In this document: positions 56,460 through 64,000 of the stretch, in pieces
Position numbering within the stretch: the first letter of the stretch is position 1
Layout of the letters: every line of letters begins with the position of its first letter
DNA from: Candidatus Woesebacteria bacterium
GTDB lineage: Bacteria; Patescibacteriota; Microgenomatia; UBA8517
Assembly: GCA_016432365.1 (NCBI GenBank)
Contig: CP066686.1
Location: forward strand, 355 to 64,354
Reading direction: 5' to 3'
Length of the DNA stretch: 64,000 nt
The notes under the pieces: model-generated
Told to the model about the DNA's origin: nothing
The model's database searches: none
Seen by the model: only the letters and a program-made list of their open reading frames with translations
Made by a program: the position numbers and the translations under genes

Positions 56460-57488
56460 TTACCCCCCAAGATCTATCTTTTCCAGTTTTGAAACTCCCT
56501 CCAAAAAATGTTCGTCCGCGGTTGTAATAATTGTCTGTTGATTCTTTGCCAGCTCCATTACAACGTCCCTGTGCTCGTGGTCCAGTTCAGAAAAAATGTC
56601 GTCAAGTAACAGGGTCGGTTTCTCACCTGTCACATTTTCAATAAAAGACAACTCAGCCAACTTCAACCACAAAACTCCCATTCTTTGTTCCCCTCTGGAA
56701 CCGTAGGCAGATAATTCCCTTTCTTTGTCAAAAAAAATAAAATCATCACGGTGGGGACCAACCAAAGTTGTAGCAGACGCAACTTCCTCCTCGGCATATT
56801 GTTCGAGTCTGCCCTCACTTATAATTGATTTGTCGTACTCCAAACGAATTTTGTTTAAATTGTTTACAAATATAATGAATTCCGTTCTCTTTTTAGTAAT
56901 ATAATCTCCATTCTTAATTAACAACTGGTTCCAGAAAAGAAGTTGGCTACGTGAGACTCCTTCTTCACGGATTCGCCACAAAAGTTTATTTCGTTGTCTT
57001 AATCCCTTTTCGTAAGAAAGGATGGAGCGACGATACTCACGATCAGTCTGCGACAAAACATTGTCCAAAAATTTTCTACGGATTGATGGAGATTCCGTCA
57101 CCAGGTCCATATCCCATGGCCCAAAAAGGACAGTTTTAAAATTTCCCGCGAAATCGACCATGCGGCGCGGGACCCCGTTTACCAAGAGTCTTTTCTTCGG
57201 CCACGCATTTCGACCCTCCGTAATCATAACCCCTAAAGATAGTGGGTCGTCCCTCAAAGCTTCAGCGAAGTGGGATCCTGTTATTTTGGCAATCTCCTGA
57301 CCATAGTTGATCATTTCCGATTCAGTTCGTGCTTTAAAACTTTTTCCTGTAGAAAGTAAAAACAACGCCTCAAGAATGTTTGTTTTCCCGGAAGCGTTTG
57401 GACCCACAATCGCTGTGATTCCACCGGAAAATTCCAGATACTTAGATTTGTAATTTCTGAAATTAGAAAGTTTTATACTGAATACCAT
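56460..57488 (-). CDS. recF: DNA replication and repair protein RecF
   Basis: VGPNASGKTNILEA (Walker A), an SMC-like signature and LLLDDIFSELD (Walker B/D-loop). Confidence 0.85.
   Translation of the reverse strand: MVFSIKLSNFRNYKSKYLEFSGGITAIVGPNASGKTNILEALFLLSTGKSFKARTESEMINYGQEIAKITGSHFAEALRDDPLSLGVMITEGRNAWPKKRLLVNGVPRRMVDFAGNFKTVLFGPWDMDLVTESPSIRRKFLDNVLSQTDREYRRSILSYEKGLRQRNKLLWRIREEGVSRSQLLFWNQLLIKNGDYITKKRTEFIIFVNNLNKIRLEYDKSIISEGRLEQYAEEEVASATTLVGPHRDDFIFFDKERELSAYGSRGEQRMGVLWLKLAELSFIENVTGEKPTLLLDDIFSELDHEHRDVVMELAKNQQTIITTADEHFLEGVSKLEKIDLGG
57251..57275. repeat. Dispersed GC-rich element, degenerate copy 3 (inside recF)
   Basis: ccctcaaagcttcagcgaagtggga matches about 21 of 25 positions. 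Confidence 0.35.
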
Positions 57489-57500
57489 TGAGACGTAAGT

Positions 57501-57932
57501 TTAAATGTGGATTACACCCCTTGCAACCCCAAGCCAAAGCGCGGACCCCAGAGCCGAAGAAAAACTTATCACCAAATACTTGTATTTAAACCTTGGTAAT
57601 AAAAATCTTACGGCCAAAGCCCCAATTAAAGGCCCTGTGGCGACTCCGATCAAAAAAGATGTGACTAATTTTCCATGATGTAAAAGTTTACGTTCCCACT
57701 GTTTTTCTTTTTTTACATTTTTGTTTTCGATTTCTTTTGCAAATTTAAAGAAATCTTCATGGCTAAAAAAATATAAAAACATCCACCCAAAAAAAATGCT
57801 TAAAATGATATTTAGCAAATAAGAGATTAAAATTCCCCCCGACCTCAAAGAACCTGTCAGGAATGATCCTTTTGTAATGATTGAGTAGACCAACCATACA
57901 AACATGGCCTTGATATGAACCGATTTAAACAT
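57501..57932 (-). CDS. Small 4-TM membrane protein, paralog of 62558..63028
   Basis: Shares FLY.FSH(Q/E)DFF.F.K......KKEK and G.LG.(A/G)TGPL(I/F).AL.V.FL.PR.K.KYL. Confidence 0.55.
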   Translation of the reverse strand: MFKSVHIKAMFVWLVYSIITKGSFLTGSLRSGGILISYLLNIILSIFFGWMFLYFFSHEDFFKFAKEIENKNVKKEKQWERKLLHHGKLVTSFLIGVATGPLIGALAVRFLLPRFKYKYLVISFSSALGSALWLGVARGVIHI

Positions 57933-59481
57933 TGTTGTAAAATTTCAAAATCTTTTCTTTAGTTAAGTTGTCCATCTTTGCAACACTGTCCCCAAACCAC
58001 AGTGACATGTTATTGTCCTTGGCCATTTTTTTGTGCTGGTTAATCACAGATTCATCAATCCCCGTTCCATCTCTAAAAACCAGTACATCGGGGTCGGCGT
58101 TCCACACAATCCCATTTAGAAACAGTCTCTCCTGACTTTCTCTAATATTTTTCTCAAGCATGAAATCATTTACCATCCTGTTTACCCCCGGAATGGCACA
58201 AACAAAAGGATTTAATGTATCAATTCCGGTTCTTACATAATCTATTAGTCCTACCATTGGAGAAAGTTGGGTTATGCACGATTTTAATTTAAGGGGTCCC
58301 ACCGTATCTCTAATAAACTGTACCCCCTCCCGCAATGCTTGAGCCCTCGTGACAGGTTTTGAATATTTTTCAGCCAAACATACAGGATACATAAAATCGG
58401 TATTAAAAAGTTCAAATCCCAAGTCCATAAAGTGAGTTAAAACGCCCTTGAGATATTTTTTAACTTCATCGTTAGTCGGATCCAAAACCTCAAGGTCTAT
58501 ATCGTTAGACAGATTATCAACCGGGCTTGTCCACCGTCCTTCGAAATGCTTTTTGTGATCGCCTTTCAAAAGCCAACTTGCGTGGTGATCATGGAGTTTG
58601 GTAGCGGGACTTATTGCGAAAGGAGAAATCCATAAGGCGGGTTTGTAACCGAGAGATTTAATGCGTTTGATAATTGGCTCAAAACCCATTGGAAACCTGT
58701 CTTTATAATCTAACCAATCGCCAAAATATCTTGTATAACCTGCGTCAAGCTCAAAGTAATCAAGATTGAGACGTTCCGGCATCCTCTCAATTGCATTAAG
58801 TTCGTTATTAATTATTTCGTCGCTTATTTTATTCGCATTCCAATAATATGAATTGCACATTGCACGAATTGGCGGTGCCACTTTTTTTACATTCATATGT
58901 TTCGCCAGGCTTTCAGCAAAATCTTTTTTAATTTTGCTCTCCTCCCCAATCGCAAAAAATATTTTCTCACTCTTTACCACTTGTCCCGGGTTTAAAATTA
59001 ATCCGTCATATTGGCACGTGACCTTAATCCTTGTTCCACCACCTTCACTTTTAACAAAAATCTGAGTAAACTGGTCGGCGGTCGTGACTGCTCCGATAAA
59101 GAGGTCCTCTCCATACATTTTTACCAATGTAAACCACTCGCTAACAATTGAGTTTTCTACATATCCATATTCCTTCTTAAACGAATAATGATTCTGGTCA
59201 CGCTGCAAAAACATTCTGATTTCTTGCGTAGGCTCGTCCAAGGTCTTCCAAGAAACCTCGCTGCACTGAAGCCATCCATGTTCCAAAACTTTTTCTATTT
59301 TATTTGGGATAACAAACTCTGCTACAACAAACGAAAAGATTCTAATCGACTTATTCGAAGTGTTTCGAACCCTAAGTTGAAAAATTAAATTCTTTTTTTC
59401 TCTTGATTCAATCCTGTCCACCTCAGCCCCCACCCCTTCTTCCAAAATTTCATATGTAGATTTTTTAACCTCAGGTAACAT
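57925..59481 (-). CDS. Glycoside hydrolase, alpha-galactosidase-like (clan GH-D, GH36/GH27-type TIM barrel)
   Basis: LDYFELDAGY..W, PALWISPF and LEVLDPTNDEV resemble the GH36 catalytic blocks. The family call is tentative. Confidence 0.45.
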   Translation of the reverse strand: MLPEVKKSTYEILEEGVGAEVDRIESREKKNLIFQLRVRNTSNKSIRIFSFVVAEFVIPNKIEKVLEHGWLQCSEVSWKTLDEPTQEIRMFLQRDQNHYSFKKEYGYVENSIVSEWFTLVKMYGEDLFIGAVTTADQFTQIFVKSEGGGTRIKVTCQYDGLILNPGQVVKSEKIFFAIGEESKIKKDFAESLAKHMNVKKVAPPIRAMCNSYYWNANKISDEIINNELNAIERMPERLNLDYFELDAGYTRYFGDWLDYKDRFPMGFEPIIKRIKSLGYKPALWISPFAISPATKLHDHHASWLLKGDHKKHFEGRWTSPVDNLSNDIDLEVLDPTNDEVKKYLKGVLTHFMDLGFELFNTDFMYPVCLAEKYSKPVTRAQALREGVQFIRDTVGPLKLKSCITQLSPMVGLIDYVRTGIDTLNPFVCAIPGVNRMVNDFMLEKNIRESQERLFLNGIVWNADPDVLVFRDGTGIDESVINQHKKMAKDNNMSLWFGDSVAKMDNLTKEKILKFYNNV

Positions 59482-59562
59482 TATTTTATATTATCCTATT
59501 TGCCTTTTTTAATACATCGTTCGTCTTGCCAAAAACACCCGCGTCTGCCAGAATATTTACAC

Positions 59563-60186
59563 ATGCCTTCTTCAATATTAACAAGTCCGGATTTCTTGCG
59601 CTTGTTTAATCTAATCCAATTATATGGGTATCTTGTTATCTTTCCTCTGGTTGTCATCGAAGGACCGATCACGATATTTATTTCGGGCTTTTTTGTATCT
59701 TTGGGGTTTCTTAATCCGTCATCAACTTTTATAACGGTGGTTTTAGCCGATTTGACCAGCGATATAATTTACTATGCGGCCGGAAGGTGGTGGTTCCACT
59801 CTCCCACTAATAAAATCTTGGGGTTCTTCAAACTTACATCTAATGGTTTTGTCAAATTTAAATCCAAATTTATTAGACATAAGGGAAAGATAATGTTTTT
59901 TGGCAAACTTTCAAGTTTTGTCGGAGGGGTAGTCATGTATGTCGCGGGGCTCGTAGAAATTCCATTCCCCGAATTCATTACATTTAACATATTTAACGCG
60001 CTCTTTAAATCCGTCGTTCTGCTTCTCGCCGGCTACTTTTTAGGTAGCGCCGTTGCCAAACTCGGAACCTCACTTGATTGGGTAACCGGTATCGGGTTGT
60101 TGATAACTTCGGTAACTTTGTTCACCATCTACTGGAGTGTGACTGCGTTTGCAAACAAATATATTAAACGAGCAGAAAACGGTTAG
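59563..60186 (+). CDS. DedA/VTT-family membrane protein
   Basis: LVIFPLVVIEGPITIFISGF is the DedA signature; start at the internal Met MPSSIL. Confidence 0.6.
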   Translation: MPSSILTSPDFLRLFNLIQLYGYLVIFPLVVIEGPITIFISGFFVSLGFLNPSSTFITVVLADLTSDIIYYAAGRWWFHSPTNKILGFFKLTSNGFVKFKSKFIRHKGKIMFFGKLSSFVGGVVMYVAGLVEIPFPEFITFNIFNALFKSVVLLLAGYFLGSAVAKLGTSLDWVTGIGLLITSVTLFTIYWSVTAFANKYIKRAENG

Positions 60187-61703
60187 TAATAGGCGGGTTT
60201 GTTAAGTAACGTATCAAGGGTAACAAACCGATACCCGTCCGCCTGAAGCAAATCTATAATCTCTTCTGTTGCTTTGATTGTCTGGTCTTTCGCCTGAAGA
60301 TCTATTATGTCCCCCGGTTTGGCGTCCTTTATAATATCGACTGCAATTTTCTTGGATGTCTCTTTTCCCAACCAACTGTCTGTTGAATTATTCCACGTAA
60401 CAATGTCATATCCGTGTTTATCCAAAGAAAGTGCTCCCCAAATCGAACGGTACCCATGCGGTGGTCTAAAAAACTTTGGCTTTACCCCTATATCATTGTA
60501 AATAAGCTCGTTTGCTAAATTTATGTCTTTAATTATGGCAGACGGAGATTTTAACATCGTAAGCGTTTTGTCGGTTAAAGAATAATTTCCGATCACATTC
60601 CCTGCCAGATATATCGCCCTTACAATTTCAGGATGACTTTTAGCCGATTCTCCTGTTACAAAAAAGGTGGCTTTAACATTTTTCTGCCTCAAAACACCCA
60701 ACAACTCTGTCGTATATTGACCACTTGGAACATCGTCAAAAGTGAGGGCGATCACTTTTTCTTGAGTCTTAACAGAAGATACCGACCAGAGGTTAACCGT
60801 CGGAATTGCTCCCGCAAGAAAAACCAAAGCCGCTAGGCTTGAAACAACAAGTGTTAAAAAGAAAGGTTTGTCGTTTACAACATCATATGACTCATATGGT
60901 TTTTGTCTGATTATTTGAAAGGAACCCGGAATAGCCCTTTTATTTAATAAAATGAAAAGATAGTTTACAAAAACATACTTTATTGTTTTGACAAATCCGA
61001 CAAATCTTCTTGCGGAAGTTTTTACTTTCAATCGATACAAAACTTTGACTTTGCCAATTTTTCTGAGACGTTTACCCAAATCCCTATCCTCTCCAATATC
61101 TCCAGGTTTCAGGGTAATGTCAAACCCACCTGCTTTCATAAAAGCATCTTTTTTTACTCCGAAATTCCAACCTTGTGTTGTTCCGGGATAATCCAAAATC
61201 TTATCCAAAATAAATATTAAGGGCATTAGAGAACTCGAAATAAGTTTTAATGGAGTATTAACACCTATTAAATCGCAGTATCCGCCCACCGCAACAATCT
61301 CGTCACTTTTAGTTATTTCTCTTACCATTCTTTCTATCCAATCTGGCGGAAGTATGGTATCAGCATCGGTTGATAAAATAATCTTTCCTTTAGCTTTTAA
61401 AAAACCTGCTTGTCTCGCGCATGCGACCCCCCTCTTTTTTTCTTTGATAACTGTAACCCCATATACACGCGCCAGTTGAGGTGTTAGATCATCGGACATG
61501 TTGTCAACGACTATGATTTCGTATTTTCCATCGTACTTCTGCTCTACTAATGATTGCAGACACGTCGGAAGCATAAGTTCCTCGTTATAGGCAGGAACAA
61601 CCACAGAAACGAACGGTAAATTTTTAGCCATATCCTGCATTATATTATGCAACAGGTCATTTTTCCTAGAAGGCACACCTTTTACTTCTGACAGACGGGA
61701 CAA
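60183..61703 (-). CDS. Bifunctional family-2 glycosyltransferase / polysaccharide deacetylase (NodB homology domain)
   Basis: N-terminal VSVVVPAYNEE...DADT (GT2). C-terminal ALTFDDVPS...H..H (carbohydrate esterase family 4). Confidence 0.7.
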   Translation of the reverse strand: MSRLSEVKGVPSRKNDLLHNIMQDMAKNLPFVSVVVPAYNEELMLPTCLQSLVEQKYDGKYEIIVVDNMSDDLTPQLARVYGVTVIKEKKRGVACARQAGFLKAKGKIILSTDADTILPPDWIERMVREITKSDEIVAVGGYCDLIGVNTPLKLISSSLMPLIFILDKILDYPGTTQGWNFGVKKDAFMKAGGFDITLKPGDIGEDRDLGKRLRKIGKVKVLYRLKVKTSARRFVGFVKTIKYVFVNYLFILLNKRAIPGSFQIIRQKPYESYDVVNDKPFFLTLVVSSLAALVFLAGAIPTVNLWSVSSVKTQEKVIALTFDDVPSGQYTTELLGVLRQKNVKATFFVTGESAKSHPEIVRAIYLAGNVIGNYSLTDKTLTMLKSPSAIIKDINLANELIYNDIGVKPKFFRPPHGYRSIWGALSLDKHGYDIVTWNNSTDSWLGKETSKKIAVDIIKDAKPGDIIDLQAKDQTIKATEEIIDLLQADGYRFVTLDTLLNKPAYY

Positions 61704-62551
61704 ACGTAAGTTCCCCGTCCTCCCAAAAAGTATTTCTCAAATTTAGCCTTTTTACATCGACTACAAAGCTCTCCTTCATGCCCATATGCAAGTGTGTGGT
61801 TTTGATATTCCCCCTCTTCTCCGTCCGGTGTAACGAATGCAAGTTCTGATGCCCCTCCGTATTTAAGTCCTGCCTTAAGAACTGTAAGGACTGCTTTATA
61901 AAGTTCTTCAGCCGCTTTTCCCTCTATACTTTTCGCTTTTCGTCTTGGATCTATTCCGGCCAACCACAGTGCATCATTTGCATAAATGTTTCCAACTCCC
62001 CCCATCTTTTCCTGATCCATCAGAACAATTTTGATTGGACGGGATGTTTTGGAAAGTATTTGCTTGAATAATTCTAAAGTGAGTTTTTGACCGGTGAAAT
62101 CTTGGACTACCGGTGGCTCCGGTCCCAGTTTTCCGATAAAACTATTCGTTTTTACTTCTTCGCTTTTCGTTATTTTTATCCAACCGAATCGACGAACATC
62201 GTTGTAATACAAAATGCCTTTGTTATCTAATTTGAAAATTACCAATGTGTGGGGGCCGGGAATTCCACCGGTGACTTTTGGTGATAGAGATCTAGGATTC
62301 GGAAGATTTGCACCCCTATAGATATATTGCCCGGTGAGTTTTACGTGGGTAAGGATCGAATAACCATTATCTAGATCTATCACAGAAACTTTTCCAAATC
62401 TTCTTGTTCCGATAACTTTTCCTCCGATAATGTTTTTCTCATCACCCTGAAATGTTGTTCTATTATTGACAACAACAGATGTAATTTTATGTCCTTTGAG
62501 AAATTTAGCGAGTTGAAGTTTCATCGACTCGACCTCTGGTAATTCCGGCAT
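61682..62551 (-). CDS. mutM: Formamidopyrimidine-DNA glycosylase / endonuclease VIII family
   Basis: N-terminal MPELPEVE, an H2TH and the C-terminal zinc finger CSRCK...CPVCQ. Confidence 0.8.
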   Translation of the reverse strand: MPELPEVESMKLQLAKFLKGHKITSVVVNNRTTFQGDEKNIIGGKVIGTRRFGKVSVIDLDNGYSILTHVKLTGQYIYRGANLPNPRSLSPKVTGGIPGPHTLVIFKLDNKGILYYNDVRRFGWIKITKSEEVKTNSFIGKLGPEPPVVQDFTGQKLTLELFKQILSKTSRPIKIVLMDQEKMGGVGNIYANDALWLAGIDPRRKAKSIEGKAAEELYKAVLTVLKAGLKYGGASELAFVTPDGEEGEYQNHTLAYGHEGELCSRCKKAKFEKYFLGGRGTYVCPVCQK

Positions 62552-62557
62552 TGTTAT

Positions 62558-63028
62558 TTAAAATTCAAATCTAATTAACCCCAAGATGCTCTTTCCAAAA
62601 GATATTACTATTACTGTAGATACGAAAGTTGACACAAAAGCTATTAAATATTTATTCTTTGACCGCGGGAACAAAAACCCGACTGTTAGTGCCATGAAAA
62701 TAGGACCTCCCAATATTCCAACAATTACGCAAGCAATGAATTTTCCGTATTTTATATAGCTTTTTAAATACTTTTTTTCCTTTTTGTCTTGACTGCCCCG
62801 CAAGTGCTTAAAAAATGGAAAAAAATCCTGATGAGAAAAAAGGTATAAAAAAGCAAAAACAGACACTGTACCAAAAACCAATGAACAAAGAAAAGAAAAA
62901 TAAATATTCGGATTAGTAATAAATTTAACTACAATCAGATTAGAGATAAAAAAATAAATAACTATAAAAACAAGCGCCTGGAGATGGACTAGTTTAAGAA
63001 GACTTTTCTTGTTCTTGTGTGTGGACAT
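62558..63028 (-). CDS. Small 4-TM membrane protein, paralog of 57501..57932
   Basis: See the paralog; it overlaps the upstream GT4 gene by 35 nt. Confidence 0.55.
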   Translation of the reverse strand: MSTHKNKKSLLKLVHLQALVFIVIYFFISNLIVVKFITNPNIYFSFLCSLVFGTVSVFAFLYLFSHQDFFPFFKHLRGSQDKKEKKYLKSYIKYGKFIACVIVGILGGPIFMALTVGFLFPRSKNKYLIAFVSTFVSTVIVISFGKSILGLIRFEF

Positions 63029-63956
63029 TTACAAATTGTAACATTTCTCTCTTAAATCTTTCTTTGCTAAATTTCTTCGCCTGATTAATACAATCTTCAG
63101 ATTTAAATTTCATCTTTTCAAACTTTTTGACTGCCTCAATCAACGAATCAGGAGTCCTGTCTTTAAAAAACAATCCGGTTTTGCCGTCAATTATGGTTTC
63201 GAGTGGCCCACCCTGCGCTAAAGCAATCACCGGTGTTCCTGCCGCCATCGCTTCGACTGGAACTATTCCAAAATCTTCATGTTCTGATGGGTATATAAGT
63301 GCTGTCGCGTTTTTCATTAAATCTAACTTTTTTTCTTCTGTTACCTCTCCCAAAAATTCTATATTCGGCCCAGCGTCTTTTTTAAATTGACTTAAACCGT
63401 ACGAGGCAAAAGTTCCGCCGAAAACTTTTAGAGTATAACCCAATTTTGTAAAAGCTTTTATTGCGATATCGTGCCCTTTATGCCTTGAAACTCTGCTACC
63501 AACTAGATAATAGTTCTTATTTCTAAGTGAGTTGTCAGCTTTGGGAATTTCGACAGGAGGATAAATTACAATCGCTTCCCTTTTATAAAATCGTCTAATC
63601 CTCCCCGCCACCTCGTTTGAATTGGCGATTACATAATCAGGAATTTGGGCGGCCCGCTTATCTAAAATTCTTAAAAAAAACATTGGGATCTGACCCAATA
63701 TCAATAACGTCCTGCGGAAAATATTATTTCTCCAATCATTTGCAACAGGATAGCCGTACAGATATCTAGGAGGTGTGTGGTAATAACACACTAGAGTACT
63801 TTTTTTATCCATTTTGATAAAATTCGGGCTTGTATATGTGCCAGCTGAGGATATAATTACGACATCGTAATTCGTTAAATCCATCGTCGAAAATACAAAC
63901 GGAGCTATGAATCTAAACATACTTATAAGCTTTGCGTTAAATGGGATTTTCTGCAA
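62994..63956 (-). CDS. Family-1 (GT4-type) glycosyltransferase
   Basis: EHEDFGIVPVEAMAAGTPVIA (E-x7-E motif region). An apparent TTG start at 63956, with an in-frame stop 12 nt upstream. Confidence 0.7.
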   Translation of the reverse strand: MQKIPFNAKLISMFRFIAPFVFSTMDLTNYDVVIISSAGTYTSPNFIKMDKKSTLVCYYHTPPRYLYGYPVANDWRNNIFRRTLLILGQIPMFFLRILDKRAAQIPDYVIANSNEVAGRIRRFYKREAIVIYPPVEIPKADNSLRNKNYYLVGSRVSRHKGHDIAIKAFTKLGYTLKVFGGTFASYGLSQFKKDAGPNIEFLGEVTEEKKLDLMKNATALIYPSEHEDFGIVPVEAMAAGTPVIALAQGGPLETIIDGKTGLFFKDRTPDSLIEAVKKFEKMKFKSEDCINQAKKFSKERFKREMLQFVNVHTQEQEKSS

Positions 63957-64000
63957 AAAAGAAGTTCTTATATCCCATTTCTCGACACGGGTCCTGTGCG

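Noticed and set aside
63969-64000. Possible 3' end of a minus-strand gene running off the right edge (…RTGPVSRNGI*)
   Set aside because: Only 10 codons are visible, which is too short to support a call.

Overview
The window is a low-GC (about 38-40%) bacterial chromosomal segment. By eye it looks like a Candidate Phyla Radiation / Patescibacteria-type genome: the 16S is divergent, small hypothetical proteins dominate, there is a Gram-positive-style type IV pilus cluster, and a DUF2207 membrane protein and an ATP-dependent DNA ligase are present. The layout is as follows.
- Left edge: the 5' ~400 nt of a 16S rRNA gene on the minus strand, with its leader and a near-consensus promoter.
- 1-23.4 kb: an accessory-like stretch of minus-strand hypothetical genes containing three conspicuous high-GC islands (1.04-1.44 kb, 6.44-8.11 kb, 13.64-14.95 kb). 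The middle island is a pair of duplicated promoter-gene-terminator cassettes carrying paralogous small proteins. Two of the islands encode paralogous proteins of roughly 316 and 438 aa built from ThiS/MoaD-like beta-grasp repeats plus a conserved CPRCG..DC.DH motif.
- 23.4-24.1 kb: a tRNA-Gln/Glu/Lys cluster embedded in repeated elements, including a 20-nt duplicate of the tRNA-Lys 5' end.
- Downstream housekeeping and surface genes: RRM protein, CPBP protease, a TrmH-family methyltransferase, and three tandem cysteine-rich secreted paralogs abutting a complete type IV pilus operon. The pilus operon comprises the major pilin, several prepilin-type minor pilins, a 597-aa pilin-like adhesin candidate, PilC, PilB, an HD hydrolase and a DsbA-like protein.
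- Further along: trxB, a proline-rich ORF and trxA, then a divergent copper locus (copA, a 35-aa coupled membrane peptide and csoR on one side; a membrane cupredoxin protein and copZ on the other) with a textbook CsoR-type C5/G5 palindrome between the two arms. After this come malic enzyme, MGMT, Pth, DNA ligase, Fic, YjeF_C, RecF, glycosyl hydrolase/transferases, Fpg and DedA.
- A ~27-nt GC-rich element recurs at three distant loci.

All functional calls rest on motif recognition by eye, since no searches could be run.
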